Source: an uncultured Peptococcaceae bacterium (GTDB lineage: Bacteria; Bacillota; Limnochordia; Darwinibacteriales; Darwinibacteriaceae). Taken from it: a stretch of 64,000 nt of DNA. Within the stretch, counting starts at the first letter, position 1. Each line of letters begins with the position of its first letter. The DNA lies in contig CALKAR010000208.1 in the NCBI GenBank assembly GCA_937988745.1, positions 13,108 to 77,107 of the forward strand, read 5' to 3'. The translations under genes were made by a program, and so were the position numbers. The notes below the pieces were generated by a model. The model was not told the origin of the DNA and did not search any database. It saw only the letters and a program-made list of their open reading frames with translations. Of the stretch, positions 27,767 to 36,459 are shown in pieces.

Positions 27767-27784
27767 TTGTCTCCTTTTTCACAA
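27767..27784 (-). promoter_or_regulatory. Weak Rex-box-like element upstream of rex.
   Basis: The minus strand reads TTGTGAAAAAGGAGACAA, against the Bacillus-type consensus TTGTGAA-N4-TTCACAA. The left half matches perfectly and the right half matches 4 of 7. Confidence 0.3.
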
Positions 27785-27807
27785 TAATAGTTTTTGCTAA
27801 AGATTTA

Positions 27808-28296
27808 TCATTCGATTACGATTGGGCGCCGTTCTATAACATCTAACCCGCCTACTAAGTCCCTCACTATCACTTCCGCTTCATAAGTTGTGCGTGGAGC
27901 CCACCACGGTACATCTACCCAGATATAAAACCATACTCTTGAAGGTGGGGCTGCTGGACTGTTCAGCGTATACTCTACTAGGTTCTCTTGGGAATACAGC
28001 TTCAAGCCGCTATTAGAACGCAGAACCACATCGACCCGAAGATCGACTAGTGGGTCGGTGCCGCCATCACCAACCGTGAAACCTTCTACCTCCAAGTAGG
28101 CATACGCGCGGGAGTTTCGGGAAAACACTCCACTGGGATTCGGATCGTAATCCCCCTCACCCCTTACCTCATAAGCCCATTCCGCTTTAACAAACTGCAT
28201 CTGTCCAACTGCTTTATCCTGAGCATGTACCACAAAAGCCAGCATGCACAGCGCAAACAGGAGGAGAGCAGCTGTTACCCGTCTGCGAGCCAACAT
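27808..28296 (-). CDS. Secreted hypothetical protein.
   Basis: Signal peptide (RRRVTAALLLFALCMLAFVVHAQ), beta-rich mature part, no recognised motif. Confidence 0.6.
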   Translation of the reverse strand: MLARRRVTAALLLFALCMLAFVVHAQDKAVGQMQFVKAEWAYEVRGEGDYDPNPSGVFSRNSRAYAYLEVEGFTVGDGGTDPLVDLRVDVVLRSNSGLKLYSQENLVEYTLNSPAAPPSRVWFYIWVDVPWWAPRTTYEAEVIVRDLVGGLDVIERRPIVIE

Positions 28297-28372
28297 AACA
28301 ACCCCCTTTATGATCGATTGACTAGGAAAATCTGCTGACTTATGTCATAATTGTAGTGGAGAGGGTGATTCA

Positions 28373-28690
28373 ATGTTCAAAGGATTACAAAAGGGCAAAT
28401 GGAGCCGCCCTACAGATAAATCAGCAGTATATATCGAGATAAGCCCTGGCGATAAATGGGGCATTCGGGTAACCCTCATTGATGACTACGCCAAAGTTGA
28501 GGCTGTAGACAGCCCAAATAAGGCAACGTATAAAGCACCAGAGCGCTACTGCACAGTTATCAAGCCACCCACTATATTCGAGAAACTCCGCGGCATCACC
28601 TTTGAAGACAAACTAATGGCAGCTGTGGAAGAAAAGCGCAGGGTAGCTGCAGAGGAGAATTCTCGATCAACGAGTTCTCTGTTGGAGTAG
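28373..28690 (+). CDS. Hypothetical protein (105 aa).
   Basis: ATG preceded by GGAGAGGG. No recognised motif. Confidence 0.5.
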   Translation: MFKGLQKGKWSRPTDKSAVYIEISPGDKWGIRVTLIDDYAKVEAVDSPNKATYKAPERYCTVIKPPTIFEKLRGITFEDKLMAAVEEKRRVAAEENSRSTSSLLE

Positions 28691-28791
28691 AATGTTCCTG
28701 TTTAGCCCTACCGCGCTTTAGAAGGAAAAGCTTTACTTAATCACGAACTATCTAGATAAATGCATCTAGGTTACTTGGGAGGATTTCCAAT

Positions 28792-29394
28792 TTGAAGTTC
28801 TTAATTGTTGGCGACACCGTCGACCCCCTTCTGTATGATCATTTTCGAAGGGAACGCTTTCCAGAAAATATCAGTGCAATTTTATCGGTCGGCGATCTGC
28901 CCGCCTGGTATTTGAGCTATTTGATGTCGGTGTTTAATGCACCGCTCTATTATGTTAGGGGAAATCATGACCACTCCTATGATACCAATCCCCCTGAAGG
29001 GGGCGAAAATATACACGGTAGAGTCATTAATTTTAAAGGCTTGACCATCATTGGGTTTGAGGGTTCGATGTTCTATCACTCGCCAAATGCTGTTCAGTAT
29101 ACCGAACGAGAAATGTGGTGGACCTGGACAAAGATGCGCTGGCGGTTTATGTTCGGGCGCAAGATTGATATCGTACTCACTCATGCCCCGCCCTTTGGCA
29201 TCCACGACGCTGAAGACCAATGCCATCGAGGGTTTTTAACATTTTCGAAGATCATACACAAGTATAAACCTAGATACTTTATCCACGGCCATACTCATCT
29301 TAACTACGGTTTAAAACAGAAACGCGTCGATATTGTTAATGGTACCACGGTGATTAACGGTTACGGGTTTTATATCCTGGACCTCGACGAATAG
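28792..29394 (+). CDS. Calcineurin-like metallophosphoesterase.
   Basis: Motifs VGD, GDL, GNHD and GHTH occur in the canonical order. TTG start after GGGAGG. Confidence 0.8.
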   Translation: MKFLIVGDTVDPLLYDHFRRERFPENISAILSVGDLPAWYLSYLMSVFNAPLYYVRGNHDHSYDTNPPEGGENIHGRVINFKGLTIIGFEGSMFYHSPNAVQYTEREMWWTWTKMRWRFMFGRKIDIVLTHAPPFGIHDAEDQCHRGFLTFSKIIHKYKPRYFIHGHTHLNYGLKQKRVDIVNGTTVINGYGFYILDLDE

Positions 29395-29420
29395 CACTGT
29401 GGTTAGGAGCGTGATCAGTT

Positions 29421-30347
29421 TTGGTTTTTCGAGGTCATGCCGAATCCTTTGCTGCCCGCAAAGAAAAACATCAGCTAACCGACGCTGTTGACCTCGGTCT
29501 GCGTATTGTTCCCGTGAGCAATATCGTTGGATCAGTGAATCGGTGGCAGGACTTTGACGCCAAGTTCCGCATCCGCAACCGCACAACCTACCAGCGTTAT
29601 CAGCGGATTAAGCAGGCTGTTGAGCGGGGCGAAATTCTGCCGCCTGTGCAGCTTTATAAGGTTAAGGACAGATACTACGTTGTCGATGGCAATCACCGCG
29701 TTGCCGTAGCCAAGGAGGTCGGACAGGTCTATATTGACGCGTATGTGACCGAGTTCCTGCCTTCAGCAGACAGTAAGGAGCACCTGCTCTGGCGCGAACG
29801 CTCCCTATTCCAGCGTCAAACTGGCCTGCTTGATATTGAGCTTACTGAGCTTGGTTCCTACGACAAACTGCTGGCCCAAATTCGAGACTTTCAAAAGGAA
29901 GAATCGGAACGCCTCGAGATAGACCTCACGCTAGAACGAGCAGCCAGCAGTTGGTATGAGGAAATCTATCGGCCGGTTGTAGAGCTGATCCGCGAGCAGC
30001 GGCTCCTGGATGATTTCCCCAACCGCACAGAAGCAGACCTTTTCCTGTATGCATCTTATCATAAGATTGCCAAGAGCAGACTGACCAATCAACAGGTTTC
30101 ATACCGGGAAGCTCTAGCTGATTTCCAAATTGAACAGCAGAAGTCTTTCGCCGAGCAGCTGAAAGACCTAATAACTGGGTTGTTTACTCCTTCAGTAGAT
30201 GATGACCCACGCTGCCCGCACAAGGAGAATCTCCTCATCATGGATGAAGATGGATTGGTTCACGTGGCGCCCAGCTGTCCGGGCTGCAGACGGTGCACAC
30301 ATGACCATGATGTAACAATCCAAGATGAAGATGCGCCCTTGTTCTAA
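29421..30347 (+). CDS. ParB/sulfiredoxin-fold N-terminal domain protein with a C-terminal Cys cluster.
   Basis: IVGSVNRWQDFD...YYVVDGNHRVAVAKEVG resembles the ParB-like nuclease/Srx fold. The C-terminus carries CPHK...CPGCRRCTHDHD. The TTG start at 29421 is uncertain. Confidence 0.6.
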   Translation: MVFRGHAESFAARKEKHQLTDAVDLGLRIVPVSNIVGSVNRWQDFDAKFRIRNRTTYQRYQRIKQAVERGEILPPVQLYKVKDRYYVVDGNHRVAVAKEVGQVYIDAYVTEFLPSADSKEHLLWRERSLFQRQTGLLDIELTELGSYDKLLAQIRDFQKEESERLEIDLTLERAASSWYEEIYRPVVELIREQRLLDDFPNRTEADLFLYASYHKIAKSRLTNQQVSYREALADFQIEQQKSFAEQLKDLITGLFTPSVDDDPRCPHKENLLIMDEDGLVHVAPSCPGCRRCTHDHDVTIQDEDAPLF

Positions 30348-30368
30348 TTCTAAGATAGTAAAAATAAA

Positions 30369-30399
30369 GGCTGTTCCAGATGCGGAACAGCCTGTTTTT
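30369..30399 (+). terminator. Intrinsic terminator after the ParB-like gene.
   Basis: Stem GGCTGTTCC/GGAACAGCC with a 6-nt loop, followed by TGTTTTT. Confidence 0.75.
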
Positions 30400-30414
30400 C
30401 TTGAGGTGACGCCA

Positions 30415-31059
30415 ATGACAAAGATTCTTGAGATTCTAGAACAGATGTATCCTAACCCAAAAACCGCTCTAAACCATAACTCGCCTTTCGAGCTTCTAGT
30501 CGCCACTATTCTTTCAGCCCAATGTACCGACGAGCGAGTTAATATGATCACTCCGAAGCTTTTTGCCACTTACCCAGATGCCTACGCTTTGGCGCAAGCC
30601 ACTCCCGACGAGGTAGCTGAGCTTATTAAGACTGCAGGGCTGTGGCAGACCAAGTCGAAAAACTTAGTGGCCACTGCCAAGATCCTCGTGGAACAGCATG
30701 GGGGCGAAGTGCCCAGGACAAGAGAAGAGCTAGAAAAGCTGCCTGGAGTCGGGCGTAAAACGGCAAATGTAGTGCTGTCGAATGCCTTCAATATTCCTGC
30801 TATCGCAGTCGATACACATGTCTTTCGTGTTGCGAATCGCCTAGGACTCGCAGATGGTAACACTCCCCTCGCCGTTGAAAAACAGCTGATGCAAGTAATT
30901 CCAAAAGAGAAGTGGCGTGATGCTCATCACTGGCTGATCTATCACGGCAGGCAGATCTGCCATGCCCGCAATCCGAAATGCGAGGACTGTCCTCTCAAGG
31001 ATCTCTGCCGCTACTATCAAGAACTAGAATCAGAAGAGCAGAAAAACGACCAAGATTAA
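30415..31059 (+). CDS. nth: Endonuclease III (DNA glycosylase/AP lyase).
   Basis: HhH-GPD sequence (LPGVGRKTANVV), DTHV, and the FeS cluster loop C..R.P.C..C.....C. Start ATG at 30415. Confidence 0.93.
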   Translation: MTKILEILEQMYPNPKTALNHNSPFELLVATILSAQCTDERVNMITPKLFATYPDAYALAQATPDEVAELIKTAGLWQTKSKNLVATAKILVEQHGGEVPRTREELEKLPGVGRKTANVVLSNAFNIPAIAVDTHVFRVANRLGLADGNTPLAVEKQLMQVIPKEKWRDAHHWLIYHGRQICHARNPKCEDCPLKDLCRYYQELESEEQKNDQD

Positions 31060-32859
31060 GCCTACTGCCGCGGCAATTTTCACGATTTCGCTGAGCCATG
31101 AAGCGGTCTGAGCAGCTGCCTGATCACCTGTGCCCTGCTCGATCGCGTTCACTACAGCACGGTATACAGGACCGTAAAAGAGGTATTCCACACTGAGCCA
31201 CTTGGGCACTCTGATTCTCTCACCAAACTTCCAAAGCAGAACTAGAACAACACCGGCTATCACATAGGAAACCAAGGCGCCGCTCATCTCGTTGAAATGC
31301 CAGTATGGTACGTGCGTCAAATGAGCCACCGATTCAGCATCAAACGGAAGAGCCTCAGCTGCAGGCAGAGCCAGCAGGTTAACTACCTTCTGGGCTTGAG
31401 TACCGACGGCCAGAATCACCAGTGTGTAAAATCCAAAGACCAGTTTATGCCGCAGACTGATATCCTGCACACCGTCCCAATCTTGGCGCGGTTTACCCAG
31501 GAAAGTCTTCAGCCAAATCTTGGTGATGTAGGCGGCAGTTAAGCCTCCGGTAATCACAAAGATCCGCTCCAGCCAAAGAAGAATAGGCCAGTCATAAATA
31601 TGATAAGCCTCCAAAATTGCTTCGTGAATCAGCGTCTTGCTTACATAACCGCTCAAACCTGGAACGCCAGTGATTGCTCCAGCTGCTACTAAGAAGAAAG
31701 CAAAAGTCCAGGGCATCTTCTGACGCAGACCGCCGAGTTTATTTAGATCAAGCTCTCCGGTGTGAAGTACCACAGCTCCTGCCAGCAGGAACAAGAATGA
31801 CTTGAAAAAGGCATGGTTAATTACATGGAGCCAAGCACCGGCCAAAGCCGTAGCTCCATCTGGGCCGAGGAACGCCCCGGTTCCCAATCCAAAGAGTATA
31901 TATCCCATCTGGCTGATGCTAGAATACGCCAGTATCTTTTTCATGGAGTTGTTGAGAATCCCCAGCAGAGCTCCCACGAACATGGTGACAGCACCAATCC
32001 AGATAAACAAGTAACCAAATGTCTGCTGATAACCCAGCAGGCTGCTTCCTTCTGGCGCAGTCAGCAGCAGATACAGAAAACGGAAGAATCCATAGGCACC
32101 AGTCTTAATCATCAGCGCTGACAGTAGTGCCGATGCAGGGGCAGGTGCTACCGGATGAGCCCGAGGCAGCCAGATATGGAGCGGAATGATACCTGCCTTA
32201 ACTCCAAAGCCACCAATTACTAATGCCATAACCAACCACGGCGATATTCCCTTTTCTACTAGAGCCTGAATCATCGGTTCAAACCTGGTGTGGCCTGCTG
32301 CATACTGGATAATAAAAATGGCAGCCAGCAAAATCAAGCCTCCGACAAGACTCATATACAAGTAGACATTACCCGCTGACATGGATTCGCGATCTTGCTC
32401 ATGAATAACGAGCAAGTAAGCTGCAAAAGTCATCAGCTCAAAGAACAGGAAGAGCGTAAATAGATCCCCAGCAACAAACACACCTAACGTAGATCCGAGG
32501 GTGAATATGGAGGTGGCAAAAAACCTCGTCTGACTGTGCTCATGGGACATATATTCCCGTCCGAACACCGTAGACAAAAACCACACTGCCGCCACGACAA
32601 CGGAGAAACAGGCTCCGATAAAGTCAACCCGCCAGTGAAGGCTTAACCCCAGCGAACCCGGCAGACTGCATGTTAGCAGGCCGGTCCGCCGCACTAACAA
32701 GAACTGATACCACGTGAGGGTAAGAGTCAAAAAAGAAATGAATCCAGTAAGGCCCGCTGGAACCCCATTGCCACGGCGAGAAGCATAGGAGACCACAGCA
32801 GAGCCAGCCAGTGGCACTAAAACAACTATTAAGGGAAGAAAACTAATCCATCCAGTCAC
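31030..32859 (-). CDS. Proton-conducting antiporter-like membrane subunit (NuoL/MrpA/HyfB class), 609 aa.
   Basis: Proton_antipo_M-type core (FFELMTFAAYLLV, PLHIWLPRAHPVAPAPASALLSALMIKTGAYG...) plus a C-terminal extension of about 150 aa. GTG start directly after the upstream stop. Confidence 0.8.
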   Translation of the reverse strand: MTGWISFLPLIVVLVPLAGSAVVSYASRRGNGVPAGLTGFISFLTLTLTWYQFLLVRRTGLLTCSLPGSLGLSLHWRVDFIGACFSVVVAAVWFLSTVFGREYMSHEHSQTRFFATSIFTLGSTLGVFVAGDLFTLFLFFELMTFAAYLLVIHEQDRESMSAGNVYLYMSLVGGLILLAAIFIIQYAAGHTRFEPMIQALVEKGISPWLVMALVIGGFGVKAGIIPLHIWLPRAHPVAPAPASALLSALMIKTGAYGFFRFLYLLLTAPEGSSLLGYQQTFGYLFIWIGAVTMFVGALLGILNNSMKKILAYSSISQMGYILFGLGTGAFLGPDGATALAGAWLHVINHAFFKSFLFLLAGAVVLHTGELDLNKLGGLRQKMPWTFAFFLVAAGAITGVPGLSGYVSKTLIHEAILEAYHIYDWPILLWLERIFVITGGLTAAYITKIWLKTFLGKPRQDWDGVQDISLRHKLVFGFYTLVILAVGTQAQKVVNLLALPAAEALPFDAESVAHLTHVPYWHFNEMSGALVSYVIAGVVLVLLWKFGERIRVPKWLSVEYLFYGPVYRAVVNAIEQGTGDQAAAQTASWLSEIVKIAAAVGLILVVFLLF

Positions 32860-34329
32860 CTAAAACGTACCTCCCATCAAGAACTGCTGCACTGCCGGCC
32901 GAATGAATTCGACCGGAACGTGAGCGAACACGCCTAAGGCGACACATGCTGCAGCCAACAAGACCATAGCCGCTTTTGCCCCAAAAGGAAGCTCCATATG
33001 CTGCTCTATATTGCTTCCCTGCCCAAAAAAGGCTGAGATGGCAATTGGAAGATAGTAGAGAGCGTTCAGCACACTGCTGATCAACAAAATAATCACGAAA
33101 ATCGGGTGGCCTGCTTCAAGGGCTCCCAACCCTAAATACCACTTAGAGACAAAGCCACTTAACGGAGGTACACCGATCATCGAAAACGCTCCAATAGTGA
33201 ATATTGCCATTGGAAGTGGAAAATGTCTCCCTACTCCAGCAAAATCGGCAATCCTCCGCCGGCCGGTAAGCTTCATAATCGAACCGGCAGCCAAAACCAG
33301 CATACCCTTAACCACAGCATGATTGGCGATATGGTATACAGCTCCAATCAGCGACTTTTCGACCATCAAGCCCAGCCCAAGGAAAATATACCCCACCTGA
33401 GCAGCCGTAGAATAGGCTAGCATTCGCTTGATATCTGTCTGGCGCAGAGCCATGAGGGAACCACCCAGGATTGCTAGGCTCGACATAACCATCAAAATCT
33501 GCCGCAGTGGTAAGGTATAAATAAAATCTATGGGCAGTGTCCAACCAATTACCCTAATTAGAAAAACTACACCCGCCTTAACAAGTAGTCCCGAAATTAC
33601 TACACTTGAAGGCGTTGCGGCTGAACCATGCGCATCTGGCAGCCAGGTATGCAGGGGAAAGAGTGCCGACTTGATAGCCAATCCCCCAACAAGCATTGCG
33701 GTAAAGGCTCGCATACTTGTTGGGTAAAGCTCTACAGCATTGGGAAGCAGCTGACTAAGTCTTACCAGGTTAGAGCTGCCCGCACGCATATAGATACCTA
33801 CCAACCCTGCAAGCAGAAGGACTGAGCCGCATACATTCAGGCCCAAATATTTAGACGAAGCCTGTCGAGCTGACAGGTCGCCTTTAGCAGCCACCAAGAA
33901 GGCAGCGGTCAGCATAACAGCTTCAAGACAGAGAAACATACCGAATAAATCTGAGGAGGTTGTAATACCCACAAGTCCTGCCAACAGCAGCAAGAAAACC
34001 GCGTAATAGTCTGGCGCAATCTTCCTGTCTATTTCTTTCTCTAATAATTGGCTTGCGAATATGGCAACCACGAGTGCCACGCCAGAGAAAGTTATTAGCA
34101 GAAGAGCTCCGAGCTGGTCAATCTGCAGAGCTAGTCCAGCAGATCGGATAAGTCCTCCGTGCAGCTTCATTTGGGCCGCAAGCCTAATGGACAACAGGAA
34201 CACTAATCCGCTTACACCTAAAGAAACTGCCCGGGACAAAACTAAGCGCTGTCGGCCGAACAGCATGACAACCAGAGCACCAGCTATTGGTGCAGCAAGC
34301 ACTGCTGGGATCAATTGAAATGCTTCCAT
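32860..34329 (-). CDS. Proton-conducting antiporter-like membrane subunit (NuoN/NuoM/MrpD class).
   Basis: FPLHTWLPDAHGSAATPSSVVISGLLVKAGV... core with about 14 TM segments. I chose ATG at 34329 after GGAGGGA. Confidence 0.8.
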   Translation of the reverse strand: MEAFQLIPAVLAAPIAGALVVMLFGRQRLVLSRAVSLGVSGLVFLLSIRLAAQMKLHGGLIRSAGLALQIDQLGALLLITFSGVALVVAIFASQLLEKEIDRKIAPDYYAVFLLLLAGLVGITTSSDLFGMFLCLEAVMLTAAFLVAAKGDLSARQASSKYLGLNVCGSVLLLAGLVGIYMRAGSSNLVRLSQLLPNAVELYPTSMRAFTAMLVGGLAIKSALFPLHTWLPDAHGSAATPSSVVISGLLVKAGVVFLIRVIGWTLPIDFIYTLPLRQILMVMSSLAILGGSLMALRQTDIKRMLAYSTAAQVGYIFLGLGLMVEKSLIGAVYHIANHAVVKGMLVLAAGSIMKLTGRRRIADFAGVGRHFPLPMAIFTIGAFSMIGVPPLSGFVSKWYLGLGALEAGHPIFVIILLISSVLNALYYLPIAISAFFGQGSNIEQHMELPFGAKAAMVLLAAACVALGVFAHVPVEFIRPAVQQFLMGGTF

Positions 34330-34446
34330 TGCCACTGTTCCCTCCAAAATATGGTAAAAACTAAAAAAAGATCATGAGCAGGTAAAAAAACAATTTTGCG
34401 TCCCGCATCACAATCCTTTCTTCACGCTGTTATTCGGGAAATGCAC

Positions 34447-34489
34447 AAAAACGGAGGCCTTGAGAACCTCGATCGGATCTCGGCCTCCG
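34447..34489 (-). terminator. Strong intrinsic terminator downstream of the PBP gene.
   Basis: On the minus strand, CGGAGGCC...GGCCTCCG forms an 8-bp GC stem, followed by UUUUU. Confidence 0.7.
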
Positions 34490-34494
34490 CATAT

Positions 34495-34523
34495 ATTGTA
34501 AGAAAATTAACGCTATCTGTCAA
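34495..34523 (-). promoter_or_regulatory. Near-consensus sigma-A promoter between the PBP stop codon and its terminator.
   Basis: On the minus strand: TTGACA (34523-34518), a 17-nt spacer, then TACAAT (34500-34495). Confidence 0.5.
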
Positions 34524-34525
34524 GC

Positions 34526-36457
34526 TCAGACCCCAAAGGGTTCGGGCATTTCTGTGCTTGCAGGTAGATAGTCGGTATCGGTGAATATGAACACCTCAGC
34601 TCCTCTTTCTGATCTTGCATTCGGCTCAGGAGCCTGCCCAATAATCCGCGTGCCCTCGCCGATCTGTTCAACAGTGAAATTGGCCTCTTCTAGACTGCGG
34701 ATCCCCTCATCTACCGTCATACCTACTACATCAGGTACTCGAATCCAGGGGCCACCTTCCGCCACCGCCTGCCGTTCTACGCCCAAGAATGGCATTACTT
34801 GCTGGGTAAGGCGGGAGAATACCGGTGCAGCAATAATACCGCCGTAGAAAGCTCCCTTTGGTTCCCACAGGACTATCAAAGCTGCCATTTGCGGATCATG
34901 AACCGGAGCAAATCCAGCAAACGAAGTTACTGTCTTGGAATGGGAATAACGCCCATTTTCCACAACCTGAGCAGTTCCTGTCTTGCCGGCTACAAAATAT
35001 CCAGGCGCTTCGGCACGTTTGGCAGAACCTAGGGTGATGACCCGGCGCAGTCCATCCCGAAGGATATCAGTAGTTTCTTTGCTGACTACCTGGCGGGGCG
35101 GTGGGATATCGGGCCCGCGGCTCCCTTCCTCTGACACGATTTCTTTTACATAATGAGGTACCGAATAGATCCCATCATTGGCGATGGCTCCAAATGCTGC
35201 CAAGAGCTGCAGCGGCGTCATGGTTAAGCCTTGACCAAATCCAATGTTTGCCCAGGTGACCAACGGGACTCGGGCAGATGGTGGATGCACAGTCCCCCCC
35301 ACTTCACCTGGGAAGTCTACACCCATCTTGGAACCAAAATTCCATTTGAGCAGATTAGGATAGAATTTGTCTCCGCCTAACTCCATTCCTAATTTCGCAT
35401 AGAATGGATTGCACGAGTTCTGCAGTGTTTCAAAGAACGACTGCGGTCCGTGTCCGCCTCGATTCCAGCAGCGGATCGTCCATCCCGAAACTCGAATGTA
35501 ACCAGGGTCGAAAAACCCGGTATTTACTGTGGCGACTCCTTCTTCTAAAGCAATTGCTGCCGTCACTGCTTTAAAGGTGGAACCAGGCTCATACGTATCA
35601 GTCACAGCGATGTTACGCCTATTCTGAACCGGGTATTCAGCGAAATTCTCGATATCAAAGGTAGGATAGATCGCATTAGCCAGGATTTCCCCAGTCTTGG
35701 GATCCGTAATCACAATCAAGCCCAACCGCGAGCCGGTTTCAAGTGTAGCCCGCTGCACTTCGCGCTGAGCTACCTGCTGGATATAGTAGTCAATTGTCAA
35801 GATCAGATCTGAGCCAGGAGCACCAGGTAGATAACCTGCGACACCATCCTCAATGCGTCGGCCTACAGCATCTCGTTCAAAGATGGCCTGACCTGGCTTG
35901 CCCCGCAGTACATCATCATAATAGAGTTCAAGGCCTTCGAGTCCTTGGTTGTCAATTCCGACAAACCCCAAGACCTGTGGAGCCACCGAACCATATGGAT
36001 AAATCCTTTCGGAGCTGTCGACCACGCCAACTCCGGGTAGATTTGCCTGTAAAACAGCTCGCGTCTCTTCAAGCGACACCTTCTTTTTGATCCACTCACT
36101 GGCCGTACGTCGATTGAGCCTAGTCAGTACAGTCTCGTAATCAAGGTCTAGTATTTCAGACAAAACTCGAGCAGTGTGCTCTTTATCTTCAACCTGCGCC
36201 GGTACAGCATAGACGGAGGTGGCACTGACGCTTACTGCGAGTGGAATTCCGTTGCGATCATAAATGGTACCCCGACGTCCTTCCACGGGTATACGCTGGA
36301 TGCGTTGTTCCAGCGCCTTTGCCTGAAAGAACTCATTGCTGACTATCTGCAGATATACTAAACGCCCCACCAGAAACATGGCGGCGGCGATCACTATTAG
36401 CAGGAGCAGCATTATCCGCTGCTGCACAAGAATCTTTGAAATCTTCCTTACCCGCAA
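34526..36457 (-). CDS. Class B penicillin-binding protein with a C-terminal PASTA domain (SpoVD/PBP2B-like).
   Basis: N-terminal TM helix and dimerisation domain, transpeptidase motifs STFK, SCN-context and KTGT, and a C-terminal PASTA (VPDVVGMTVDEGIRSLEEANF). Confidence 0.88.
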   Translation of the reverse strand: MRVRKISKILVQQRIMLLLLIVIAAAMFLVGRLVYLQIVSNEFFQAKALEQRIQRIPVEGRRGTIYDRNGIPLAVSVSATSVYAVPAQVEDKEHTARVLSEILDLDYETVLTRLNRRTASEWIKKKVSLEETRAVLQANLPGVGVVDSSERIYPYGSVAPQVLGFVGIDNQGLEGLELYYDDVLRGKPGQAIFERDAVGRRIEDGVAGYLPGAPGSDLILTIDYYIQQVAQREVQRATLETGSRLGLIVITDPKTGEILANAIYPTFDIENFAEYPVQNRRNIAVTDTYEPGSTFKAVTAAIALEEGVATVNTGFFDPGYIRVSGWTIRCWNRGGHGPQSFFETLQNSCNPFYAKLGMELGGDKFYPNLLKWNFGSKMGVDFPGEVGGTVHPPSARVPLVTWANIGFGQGLTMTPLQLLAAFGAIANDGIYSVPHYVKEIVSEEGSRGPDIPPPRQVVSKETTDILRDGLRRVITLGSAKRAEAPGYFVAGKTGTAQVVENGRYSHSKTVTSFAGFAPVHDPQMAALIVLWEPKGAFYGGIIAAPVFSRLTQQVMPFLGVERQAVAEGGPWIRVPDVVGMTVDEGIRSLEEANFTVEQIGEGTRIIGQAPEPNARSERGAEVFIFTDTDYLPASTEMPEPFGV

Positions 36458-36459
36458 AT

